A stretch of 64,000 nt of DNA, from the NCBI GenBank assembly GCA_036785375.1, contig JAWMAR010000016.1, positions 10,354,001 to 10,418,000 on the forward strand, read 5' to 3'. Shown in pieces: positions 15,201-28,100 of this stretch. Under the pieces are notes generated by a model. The model had not been told where the DNA came from. It did no database searches and saw nothing but the letters and a program-made list of their open reading frames with translations. Both the position numbers and the translations under genes were made by a program. Numbering within the stretch: position 1 is the stretch's first letter; every line of letters begins with the position of its first letter. This DNA is from Leucoraja ocellata. Its lineage: Eukaryota.

Positions 15201-18200
15201 TCGATACTGTCCAGGGACCCCGACAGTTCTTTCAGATGAGGCAAAAATTAAATTTCACCTCTTCCAACCTCATCTACAGTATCCGCTATGCCAGGCGTGG
15301 ACTCCTCTGTATCGGCGAGACCAAGAGTAAACTGGACAATCGTTTCGCTAAACACCTTCCCTCAGTCCGCCTAGGCTTACACAATCTCCCGGTTGTCAAA
15401 CATTTGAACTCCCCTTCCCAATCCCATACTGACCTTTCTGTCCTGGGTCTCCTCCACTGTCAGTGTGAGGCTAAATATAAATTGGAGGAATAGCACTTCA
15501 TTGTTTGTTTGGGCTACTTACACCCCAGCAGTATGAATATTGATTTCTCTAACTTCTCTTGCTTTCTCCATCCCTCCCCCACTTTAGTCATCCTACTAGT
15601 TTCCTGCTGAGTTCCACTGTTTGCATCACTCATTATCATCTTCTCCACAGCCAACAATAGACCATTGTGGGCTCCAGTTTTCCTTGATCATTGTTGCTGG
15701 CTTTCACTTGTCCTTTTGTGCAGAGCAGCTCTTGGGCTTGTGTGGCAAAGGGGTGCCGTGTCTTGAGGCGCACTCGTCGCCAGTTGCCCCAAACACTGGC
15801 CACCAAATGGTGAATGACGAGGTCTGATTGACCTGGACAATAACACATTGGCCTGGCTCGCCTCAACGGAGCTACCGGTCTAAAAGACATACTGTGGGGC
15901 GTAGGTCCCGAAATGAAAGCGAGGAGCCAGGTATTTCCAGAGGTACCTTTTATTATGTCCTTCCAGGTAGCAGGGAAGTCCATGAGAGAAAGATGGCACC
16001 CAAACCCTTGCCTTTAATCCCTCTGGTTAAGGGCCGCCTCTGGACTGAACCATTCCCGTGCCGAGGGGTTTGATAGTTGGGATGGCCCGACCCTTGGGAG
16101 CCGCCACAGTACGACAGAAGAAGAAGAAGACTTGTCCTTTTGCATACCTTTCATTCAATTGTTCTCTGTACCTTTTCATATCTCTCGTTTCCCTCTCCCC
16201 TGACTCCCAGTCTGAAGAAGGGTCGCGACCTAGAATGTCACCTGATACAACTTTTTCTCCAGAGATGCTGCTTGACCCCGCTGAGTTACTTCAGCATTTT
16301 GTGTCTGTGCTCAGTGCAAAACGTTGCCTCAAAAAATCTGTCGATATTTTAACTGCCCGCATTCAGTGTAGAATAAGGTTGAATTGGTGGTTTTGTAGTC
16401 TGAGTGACTGTAAAGAGAACTCCCAAAAGAAAGTTAAAGCACAGAATTTCATATATGAAGAAGTCCATTCAGTTCATGAATTCCCATTTTACTTTTGAAG
16501 AAATTCAAAACCAATCTGAAGAAGCCTATATCTTCTTTGAATTGTGAACATTTATCTACTTTTCCCATGGGGACGGGAGGGGAGTGAGGGGGGTGATGCA
16601 GTACTGTAAGCCCTGTAATCATCCATAAAACCATGTACAACATACTCTACAGGGAAAAGCACTTCAATTACTGAATGAAATAACTTTAGAAGGAACATCA
16701 GTTTATAGCAATGGAGAGAAGAAAAAAAAAAACAGCTTTCGTACAATGAACCTTTGCTATATTCTGCAGCTGGAAACATCACTCAGCAAGATGCATCTTC
16801 TGTGCTAAATTTACCCCATTTTAAAGTCCAAGTGAGCCTACATCTCAACCCCATTGGTTTCAATGGGGACACGTGGACTCTCACATTACATGAAACACTG
16901 ATGACTTGGGTCCGATTTGTTCAATTAAGATGCAATTAGCACTCTTTCCCTCCCATAAAATAACACTAGCATCCAATCTGCTTAAAACTTCAACAGGATA
17001 GCTAGCTATATATAAATGAGCTTGGCATTTCATCCTCACAGCAGAACAAGAAAATTAATTTGCACTTTGCCAGTATATCTGTCTATTGCCCAAACTTCCC
17101 TCCACTGCAGTCTAAATGAGCTTGTTTTTGATTCAGTGCCAACAGTGCGGCTGAGCCCATTCCATGTACTGACAGCTGGCGTCCACTCTAATGAGCTACT
17201 GCCGCCAAGTTAAAAAAAGCAGAATTAAAACAACACGTAATAAACAACAAAAGATATGACAGACCAACTTCAGGCCAATAATCCAGCGGAAGGGATCAAG
17301 TGGCCGTTCATGACAGAATTGGAGCGGCTTGATTAGATTACGCGGCAGTAATCATTCCCATGTACCCCATTACTGTACACAATTTCCCTCAGGAAAGTGT
17401 ATTTTGAGCATTTATACATAACGCCAATAATGCTGCAATGAATAATTATTTTTTCTATAAATTCTGTTTTCAGAATGGATTTTCAACATGCAGATGCAAT
17501 TTTATGGAAAACAGGTTGAAGTTATAACAAGAAATTTAAAACTGGTTCATAGAGAGTTCACTCTCTACTCACTTTGTGCATTGAGGATGCCTTATCATAA
17601 CCTCGACCCGCCAGCTAGGGTAAATTGTATTTTGTGCATACACGTCTTACAAATAGAATAACTCCAAAAAACTACAATTAAAAAATTCTTTCAGACAATT
17701 TGTTTTCTCAAGGTCTGCATTGAGACATATTAAATGAATGTAACGATATGTTCTTATCTTGTGGAAGCTCTCCAAAAAAGATTCTGACCAAATTTTCTTA
17801 GTCAGCCCAAATCCTGACTAAAGAAGCCAAACTCCTGATGCTTACCTTTGCTGCGCAATTCTATAATGTGTCCTGCATTTCAAGGGTCAAATAGGGGTAG
17901 GACATGCACCATCAATGATTGGGCACATCAGCTCCAAGCATTGAAGAACAAACAGCCTTGATGTACATGGCCAAGGGCCTGAAGTGGCAGCACAGATAGA
18001 CAGGGCGCTGGGACGTTTGTTTTCATTGTTTAGGGGAAGGACATAAAGGCAGGGAAGCATTGGCACAACTTGATAAAACATTGCTTAGGCCACAGTTAAA
18101 TGATGTGCAGTTTGAATTGCCACACTGTAGGAAGGATGCGATCTTTCTGAAAAGTATGTAGAAGAGATTCACCAGGGTGTGTAGGAAAGAACTGCAGATG

Positions 18201-21200
18201 CTGGTTTAAATCGAAGATAGACCGAAAATGCTGGAGTAACTCAGCCGGACAGGCAGCATCTCCCGAGAGAAGGAATGGTCTCGACCCAAAACGTCACCCA
18301 TTCCTTCTCTCCATAGATGCTGCCTGTCCCGCTGAGTTACTCCAGTATTTTGTATCCATCTTAGATTCACCAGGATGTTGTTTGGCATGGAAGAGTTTAG
18401 TTATGAGGAAAGAATGGATGGACTGGGTTAATATTTTAGCTGAGGATCACCTGATAGAGGGATCGAAAATTATAAAGTCACAGATAAGAGTATAAACATT
18501 TTCTGATGACACATATACTTAAGACCAAAGGGCACAAGTTGAGGTGGAATGTTCTGCCCGATGGATTCGTGAAGGCAGAGACCCAGACAAGGTTTAAGAA
18601 GCATCTGCATAAGCATTTGCATCACCAAGGCATTGTAGGCTACAAGAGCAAGTGCTGGTAAATTGAATTAATATGGAAAGGTACTCGAAGGTCAGCATAT
18701 ACAGGGTGGGCCAAAGGGCCTGTTCCAGTTCTGGGACACACGAGCAATATGGGCATGAGGTTATGTTAAAAATGAAAAAAAAAAAAAACAAGGAATTATC
18801 ATTTACAATAAAAATCTATACATTAAAAAATTAACCTCCTCCCTTGGTCTCTGAATGTTGGGTTCTCTGAAATTCACCCACATAGTTCTAACTGAGCAGA
18901 AAATTTCAAAAAAATATCCCACACACAAACATTTCTAATGTTTTTCCCCCAGAGCAAGGTAAAGGTTCCAGAATGCATCACAAGAGTTAAAAGCTTTAAT
19001 TAATCTTGACATGACTTTTTCCCACCAACAGAGTAAAGATCCAAGCAATGCAGCTCAGGACAATTAATACCATAGAGTTTTAGATGAGACAAATAGCTCA
19101 AAGCTGACATCTGCTGGTCCTGATAGAAACCGTCTGCCATATTGCTAAACGATGGAAGAGATTTTGCACAGCAGCATTTCCTTCCAAAACTTATTTCCTG
19201 CTTGGAACTACACAGTTATTTAACACATTACAAATATCAATATATATTTTAATATATTTCAAATAATCTTGATTATCTCAGTTAGTATTCCATTTAATGT
19301 CTCAATTCCAGATTGAAAGGCTGATCAACTGAGAAATGTCAAGTGATTAAAGGATTTGGAGGTGATGTCGGTAAACACTTCCTTACATACAGGACTGAGG
19401 AGTTCTGGAGCTTTTCAAATACCCAACCCCCACACTTCACCCCAAAATGTTATTACGGCCGGAGGGTTAGTAGAGGAATTCTAAAGTGAGATTGATAGTT
19501 TTTGTTAGGCTAGAGTATTAACGGTCAAGGAAACAAAATAAGTGGGGAAACAAAGAAGTGCAGATGCTGGTTAATACACAAAAGGACACCATGTGCTGAA
19601 TTAACTCAGTGGGTCAGGCAGCATCTCTGGAGGGCATGGATAGGCGGTGTTTCAAGTTGAGACCCTTCTTCAGACTGATTGGGGGGGGGGGGGGGGGGGG
19701 AGGGGAGGGGGAGGGGAGAGGGGAAGAAAAGATGGATGTCCTTTTGTGAACAAAATAGGTGCACCTAAATAAGCTACGGGTGAACAATAATCTATGTGAA
19801 TAATCAATGTAAGCTGAAAGAGATGAACAGGTTCCCCTAGATCCTACATTATTGAGCAGTGGGAGCAGTACCGGATCAGTACCGAAGGCACAATGACCTT
19901 CACCTCTTCCTTTACAGTTCTATGATTCGGTAATTGTACCCAAAGAGATGAAGTGCACACAAAAGGCAATATTTTTTAAATAGTATCACGGTGAACTGAT
20001 AATTGTCAAAGAGCTACACAGTTCAAGAAGATTCCTAGTCTGATTCTAAAGCCATATTGAGTGAAGTTACCTTACATGAAACACTGTGACCGAGTCAAGG
20101 AGAGCAGGGGGAAATAAGGGCGACAATGTAGTCAATCAGCCAAAATTTGTCGATGGCCAGAGAATTGTAGCAAGATGTAGGTGAGAACGTCCCTTACAGC
20201 AGGAGTGGAATGTCTGAAAAGACCAGCCTCCAATGGTGCACGTTAACATATAAAAATTGTGCTCTTAAATTAAAGGTCACAAACAACTGTTACTTCAGAT
20301 TCAGATTAATTTATTATCACATACACGAGGGTGCAATGAAATTCCTGGATCACATGAAGTTCACAGCATAAAAGGTCAGACTTTTCAGAGACCTAGAGGC
20401 TGCAAAATGGAGCCGAGACATGATGACCCTCTGCATGCTATCCAGAAGGGGATCAATTTGTACTAATGCACGGTGTGATTTGACTGGATAGCATGTAGAA
20501 CAAGCATTTCACTGTATCGCTGTACACGTAACAATAAACTAGCTAAACTAACATAACTAACGGTATACGGTAATAGTAGATGCGATAAAAACAAACAACA
20601 GAATGGTTTGAAGATTGTACTGCAATATGAAATAGTGTAAAACAATGTATTAAAGTGCAACACAGAATATTCAAATGAGGTAGAGTTAATAATAATGGTC
20701 CGTGGCAGCATTTCCAGGAAGGGGATGCGAAAGAAGTGATTGATTCGGGAAGCCACATGGAAGAACACATTCTTAATTCGGGATGTCTTCTCCCAGAAGG
20801 TAGTATAGACCAAAGGAGTGGCAGGTCTCCTTGGTGATACTTCCAGCATTCTTGGGGCAACACACTGTGAAGATGGAAACACAAAAGACTGCAGATGCTG
20901 GAATCTTGAACAAAAAACAAAGTGTCGGAGGAACTTGGGGGGGGTCAGGCAGCATCTGTGAAAGTAAATGGACAGACTATGCTTCATATTAGGTCAGAAG
21001 GAAGAAAATGGTGGAAGCCTGTGATGGACTGGGCAGTGTTCACCTCTCTCTGCAGGTTCAGTTGGTCAAGAGCAGAGTACCTCCTATACCAGGCTGAGAT
21101 GTAATTTATCAAAATACTTGCTGTAGCGCATCTGTAGAAGTTTGAGAGAATCCTCATGGACAAAGAAAGCAATTGTGCCATGCAATTTTTTGATCACCAC

Positions 21201-24200
21201 ATCAGTGTGAAAGGACCAGGTTAGATTGTTGATAATATGGATACCTAGGAACTTCAAGCTGTCAGCCAAGTTTCCAACAGCTCAGTTGATGAGGAGAGGA
21301 TTGTATTCAAACCTTGGGTCAATCCCAATTCTTTTGTCTTGATTACGTTATGGGCTAGGTTGTTCAGACATTATAACATGGTTCCCGATCACGTTACTGA
21401 ACTTTGAGTAATTGCTGTCGATGATCGGGCTGACAACAGTAGTAGCATTAGCAAACTTTAAGATCTTTAAGATCAATTGGTGCTGTACTCGATCACAAAG
21501 TTACAGGTGTATAGGGAGCAGAGGACTGAACACACATCCCTGAGGAGCAACAGTTTAGCTTAGAGATACAGCGCAGCAACCGACGCTTCGGACCACCGAG
21601 TCCGCGCCGACCAACAATCCCCGCACACTAACGCAATCCTACACACACTCAGGACAATTTACAATTTTTACCAAAACCATTTAACCTACAAGTCTTTAGA
21701 GTATGGGAGGAAACCAGACCTTGCAAACTACAGGGGTCTAGATAGTCGAGAAGATTGCTGCAGACATGGGCCATTACCAATCTATCAAAGCACTTCATTA
21801 TGGTCAATGTTAGAACTACTTGGTCATAGTCATCGAGTCATAAGTAGATACATACATAGACAATAGGTGCAGGAGTAGGCCATTCGGCCTTTTGAGCCAG
21901 CACCGCCATTCAATGTGATCATGGCTGATCATCCACAATCAGTACCCCGTTCCTGCCTTCTCCCCATATCCCTTGATTTCGCCAGCCCTAAGAACTCTAT
22001 CGAACTCCCTTTTGAATGCATCCAGTGGATTGGCTTCCACTGCCTGTTGTGGCAGTGAATTCCACAAATTCACAACTCGGTGTGAAAAAGTTTTTCCTCA
22101 TCTCAGTTCTAAATGGACTACCGCTTATTGTTAAACTGTGGCACCTGGTTCTGGACTCCCCCAACATCGGGAACATGGGGAACCCAGCTTTGTATCATCT
22201 GCAAATTTGCTAGTTACTTTTAATCCCTTCATTTAAATCATTAATATAAAGTAAATAGCTGCGATCCCAGCACTGAGTCTTGCGATACCCCACTAGTCAC
22301 TGCCTGTCATTCTGAAAGGGACCCGTTAATTCCTACTCTTTGTTTCCTGTCTGCCAACCAATTTTCTATCCATGTCAATACCTTACCCCCAATACCATGT
22401 GCTCTAATTTTGCCCACTAATCTCTTGTGTGGGACTTTATCAAAGGCTTTCTGAAAGTCCAAATACACTACATCCACTAGCTCTCCCTTGTCCATTTTAC
22501 TTTGTGAATCCATGCTGACTTGCCGTTACTGCTATCTAAATGCACCGCTATTACATCTTTAATAATCAACTCCAGCATCTTTCCCACCACTGATGTCAGG
22601 CTAACTGGTCTATAATACCCTGCCTGCTCTCTCCGTCCTTTCTTGAAAAGTGGGTCAACATTAGATACCCTCCAATCCACAGGAACTGATCCAGAATCTA
22701 TAGAACATTGGAAAATTATAACCAATGTGTCCACAATTTCTAGAGCCACTTCCTTGAGTACGCTGGGATGCAGACCATCAGGACCTGGGGATTTATCAGC
22801 CTTCAGTCACATCAGTCTACCCAACACCATTTCCTGACCAATGTGAATTTCCTTCAGTTCATCCATCACTCTAGGTCCTCTGTCCCCTAGTACATCTGGG
22901 TGATTGTTTGTGTCTACCTTTGTGAAGACAGAACCAAAGAGACATATCACTTTACTTTTCTTGGGAACGGAAGTGTTAGAGGCTTTCTTGGATAAAAGGT
23001 GGGTAAGTAGACTGTTGAAGTGAGAAGTCGGAGACGTCAGTGAAGATTCTGATCAGTTGAGTGGAACACAATTTCAGTAATGCCATCTAGGAAGTCTATC
23101 TGGACCAATCGCTTTCAAGGATTATAAGACAATGCAGTTTCCATAATTTGAATAGAGGACGTTAGGGACTGGATTGCACACTGGGAAAATGTAGACCGAG
23201 TTTATGAAGTGATTTGAATATAAGATGGAAAAGCTGAAATCAACACAAACAGAGGTGGAGGTTGTTTTCTTTGCCATGTTAACACTAAGTCAATACTTCA
23301 GCCAGCTCAACACACAAAAAAAATATCTTTGGTTATTTTATCTCATCGCATTAGTTCTCCCATCGTAATTTATGTGAAAGTACTGTACTACTCAGGCCCT
23401 TGTTCCCACAATGTACCAACATGGCCCAGTGCCATGAATATTACTCCTTCAGGCAAAAGTTAGCAATGGTTTCAGGGTTACGGATCAAAACAAATGATGT
23501 TTCTTGGCATAGAATGCAGAGTTTTCTTTGGGGTTAAATGTCTAAACACAACCCATTTGTTCTGCTGCAAGAACTTGATTCAATCCATGCTCTGACTAAT
23601 TTTGCAAAGCAAAGTCTTTGAAAACTGCCAAATGTTGAAATACCTTTGTAATGTTGATCAAGCACACGGAGCAGGTGCAAGTTCACCAGCTTCACTTGGG
23701 GCAGACCGTAAAGGGAGGTCAGATACAGGAATATCAGGTGTAGGGCTTCAGTCAGAAATAACATGGGGAATTTTAAATCCCTTAAAAACGGCCTGAAACA
23801 TGGGAGCAACAGAATTCAAAAATGACCAAAGATGAGTTGCATAGGAAAATATTCCAAGGAGAGGAGCTCATCTAATCGTGTAATCCCGTGGGAAAGTGCA
23901 CATCAAGAATTAGGTCCAGTGTATAATTACCATATGCACCAGGACTGGAACAATTCAATTCTTATACATATAATATTTGCACACAGAGCAGTGGAATACA
24001 CTCAGTCATTGTGTAATTGGTGTTTCACTCCATTATGTCTATCTAATGTAACCAATTTAAATTAGCAAATAAATTACATTTATGCAGTGGAATATTTACA
24101 ACAACAAAAAATCAGATAATATATATATAAACATGGAGATATTATAAGATGTTCAAAAGCTTGGCTTCGCTGAGGTTTGCAGTGATCTGGGGAGAGCTGC

Positions 24201-25105
24201 ACAGTGCACAGGGCATTTTGATTTTGATATAATGGCAGACTGGGAAGTCAGAAAAGTGAGAATTTAACAAATGGAAGGTCAAAATTCTACCAAAAGTTCG
24301 ACATTTCTCATCCTGGCTTTATTATTTTTCCAACTTTTATACCAATTGCAACCTTTGAAATGTTGGCCCATGTACCCAATGCCAGATCATTATTATATGA
24401 ACATAGGCCCTAGTATCAACCCCAGGGAAGCGCTAATGAAAATTCTCCTCTATTCTGACAAAACAATTCACCATCACTTTCTGATTCCATCCATTTTCCT
24501 TTGTCTGTTATCTACTATCTACCTCATTGGTGACCCTCGGACTATCTTTGATCCGACTTTACTGGCTTAGCCAATAGAAAATAGGTGCAGGAGTAGGCCA
24601 TTCGGCTCTTTGAGCCAGCACCAATATTCACTGTGATCATGGGTGACCATCCACATTCAGTACCCCGTTCCTGCCTTCTCACCATATTCGTTGACTCCGC
24701 TACCTTTAATAGCTCTATCTAATGGGCCTGTCCCACTTATAGGACTGCAGGTGACTATGCAGTCGCCACATGGTTGCCACATGTTCGCAGGTGGTTGCCG
24801 GGGAGTCGCCTTCATGGTCGTGAGGAGTTCCTGCATTCTGGGAACTAGTCGCGGCCTCATTATGATTGCCATGAATTTTTCAACATGTTGAAAAATTAAC
24901 GACCATTAGAATGAAGCCGCCATGGAGAGTAGCGAGAATTCTCGAGCCGTAGGTGGGTCGCCAGGAGGTCGAAGGTTCTCATAGGTTGTAGTCGGTGCTG
25001 ACCAGTCCATTTCATTGGCTCATTGGGGGAAAAACAAAACAGGCAGTAGTTTTGAGAACCAAGGACAACCAAAAGGTAATATTAAATGTCCGCCTGGGGG
25101 TGTGC

Positions 25106-25141
<36 letters not shown>

Positions 25142-28100
25142 CTGTGTGTGTGCGCCACTTGTCTAAGTGGGACAAGCCTATAACTCTCAAAGTATCCAGA
25201 CAATTGGCCTCCACTTCCTTCTGAGGCAGAGAATTCCACAGATTCACAACTCCCTGGGTCAAAAGGTTTTTCCTCATCTTCATTCCAAATGGTCTAACAC
25301 TTATTCTTAAACTGTCGCCCCTGGTTCTGCACTCCACCAACATCAGGAACATGTTTCATGCATCTAGCATGTCCAATCCCTTAATAATCTTATATGTATA
25401 CAAGCTCAGCCAATCCATTCTATCAACATATGACAGTCCCACCATCCCGGGAATTAACCTCGTGAAACTGCGCTGCACTCCCTCAATAGCAAGAATGTCC
25501 TTCTTCAAATTTGGAGACCAAAACTCCACACAATATTCCAGGTGTGGTCTCACTAGGACCCTGTACAACTGCAGAAGGACCTCTTTGCTCCTGTACTAAA
25601 CTCCTCTTGTTATGAAGGCCAACACGCCATCAGCTTTCTTCACTGCCTGCTGTACCTGCATGCTTACTTTCAGTGACTGATGAACAAGGACCCCAGGTCT
25701 CGTTGCACTTCCCCTTTTCCCAACTTGACACCATTTAGATAGTAATCTGCCTCCCTGTTTTTGCCACCAAAGTGGATGACCTCACATTTATTCACATTAA
25801 ATTGCATCTGCCATGCATCTGCCCACTAAACCCAACCTGTCCAAGTCACCCTGTATCCTAATAGCATCCTCCTCACAGTTCACACTGCCACCCAGCTTTG
25901 TGTCATCTGCAAATTTGCTAATGTTACTTTTAATCGCTTCATCTAAATCATTAATGTATCTTGTAAATAGCTACGGTCCCAGCACCAAGCCTTGCGGTAC
26001 CCCACTAGACACTGCCTGCCATTCTGAAAGGGACCTGTTAATCCCTACTCTTTGTTTCCTGCCTGCCAAACAATTTTCTATCCATGTCAGTACCCTACCC
26101 TCAATACCGTGTGCTCTAATTTTGCCGACTAATCTCCTATGTGGGACCTTATCAAATGCTTTCTGAAAGTCCAAGGGCATTCATCTCCTATGTGGAACCT
26201 TATCAAATGCTTTCTGAAAGTCTAGGTACACTACATCCATTGGCTCTCCCTTGCCCATTTTCCTAGTTACATCCTCAAAAAATTCCAGAAGATTAGTCAA
26301 GCATGATTTCCCCTTCGTAAATCCAAGCTGACTCGGACCGATCCTGCTACTACTATACAAATGTGCCGCTATTTCATATTTTATGATTGACTCCAGCATC
26401 TTCCCCACCACTGATGTCAGGCTAACTGGTCTATAATTCCCTGTTTTCTCTCTCCCACCTTTCTTAAAAAGTGGGATAACGTTGGCTACCCTCCAATCTA
26501 CAGAAACTGATCCTGAAACTATAGAACATTGAAAATGATCACCAATGTGTCCACGATTTCTGTAGCCACTTCCTTAAGTACCCTGGGATGCAAACCATCA
26601 GGCCCTGGGGATTTATCAGCCTTCAGTTCCATCAGTCTATCCAACACCAGTTCCTCCGTCACCCTAGATCCTCTAGCCACTAGTATATCAGGAAGATTGT
26701 TTGCCAGTTCCTTGTTTCCCATAATAAATTCACCTGTTTCAGTCTTCAAGGGTTCAACTTTGGTTTTAACTATTTTTTTCCTCTTCACATACCTAAAGAA
26801 GCTTTTACTGTCCTCCTTTATATTCTTGGCTAACTTACCTTCGTAGCTCATCTTTTCTCCCCGTATTGCCTTTTAGTTATCTTCTGTTTTAAAAAGTTTC
26901 CCAATCATCTGGCTTCCCGCTCATCTTTTCTATGTTATACTATCCTTGACTTTCCTTGTCTGCCACAGTCACCTCTTACTCCTGGGGTGGAAGATTGCAA
27001 CCTTCATGTGGTCCACCCTGTTTCGACTAATGCGATCAACTCGACGTGCACAAACGGAAGATCAAATAGAACAAGTTGTCCAACAACTTTAGGCTGTGCA
27101 CGCCACACGAAAGAAGAAGAAGAAGCCTCTTACTCCCCTTAGAATCTTTTTCCTCTTTGGAATGAAATAATCCTGCACCTTCTGTATTATTCTGAGAAAT
27201 ACCTGCTATTGTTGTTCCACTGTCACCCCTGCAAGGGTATCTTTCCAGTCAACTCTGGCCAGCTCCTCCCGCATGCCTCCATAGTCCCCTTTATTCAACT
27301 GTAACACTGACACTTTCGATTTTCCTTTCTCCCTCTCAAATTGTAGCTTAAAACTTATCATATTACCTTGCACTAAACATTATTCCATTATACACTGTAA
27401 GAGGCTCAATTGGATTCAATGTATTGTCTTACCCACTGTAGACAAAAATGCTGGAGAAACTCAGTGGGTGAGGCAGCATCTATGGAGCAAGGGCAATAGG
27501 CAACGTTTTGGGCCGAAACCCTTCTTCAGTCTATCCAGTCTTTCATGACTGGATAGCATGCAATAAAAAGCTTTTCACTGTACCTTGGTACATGTGACAA
27601 TAAACTAAACTGAATTAAATTTCGAGGGGTTTATGTAATGCTACTTCTATGCACACAAACATCACAATTTGCTTTCCAGATTAATCAAGTAGAAATATTT
27701 ACAGACAAACACAGATAAATATGAGGTGTTGGCTCAAACACATTGCTAAAGTAAGTGAGAGTGACAGTGAAAACACCAAACAAGAGTAAAGTTTCATTTT
27801 TTAAATTTCAATCACCAGAAGATGTTCAGAACTCTCATAATCTTTCACTTTTCTCAGAACTTAACAAGGAAATGCTAAAAAAATAATTAAGTTGAACTAG
27901 AAGCTGACTTTACAACCATTTCAACATCCTTTAAAACATTAAAACAATTCACAAGATGCTGATTCTTTGAAAAAACATGTTTTAATCTGGATGTTGTCAA
28001 AGCAAAATGTGATTAAAATTCCAATTCGTTCTCACATAATTAACTTACATTTTGAATTTAATTGGATAACAATTTTGATTAATGACTACTTTTTTTTTAA

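Larger units (their letters stand above)
24575..27370 (-). mobile_element. Long decayed CR1-type LINE ORF2 + 3' tail, host to two nested insertions
   Basis: [57 protein letters not shown] motifs in order on the minus strand. Confidence 0.92.
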
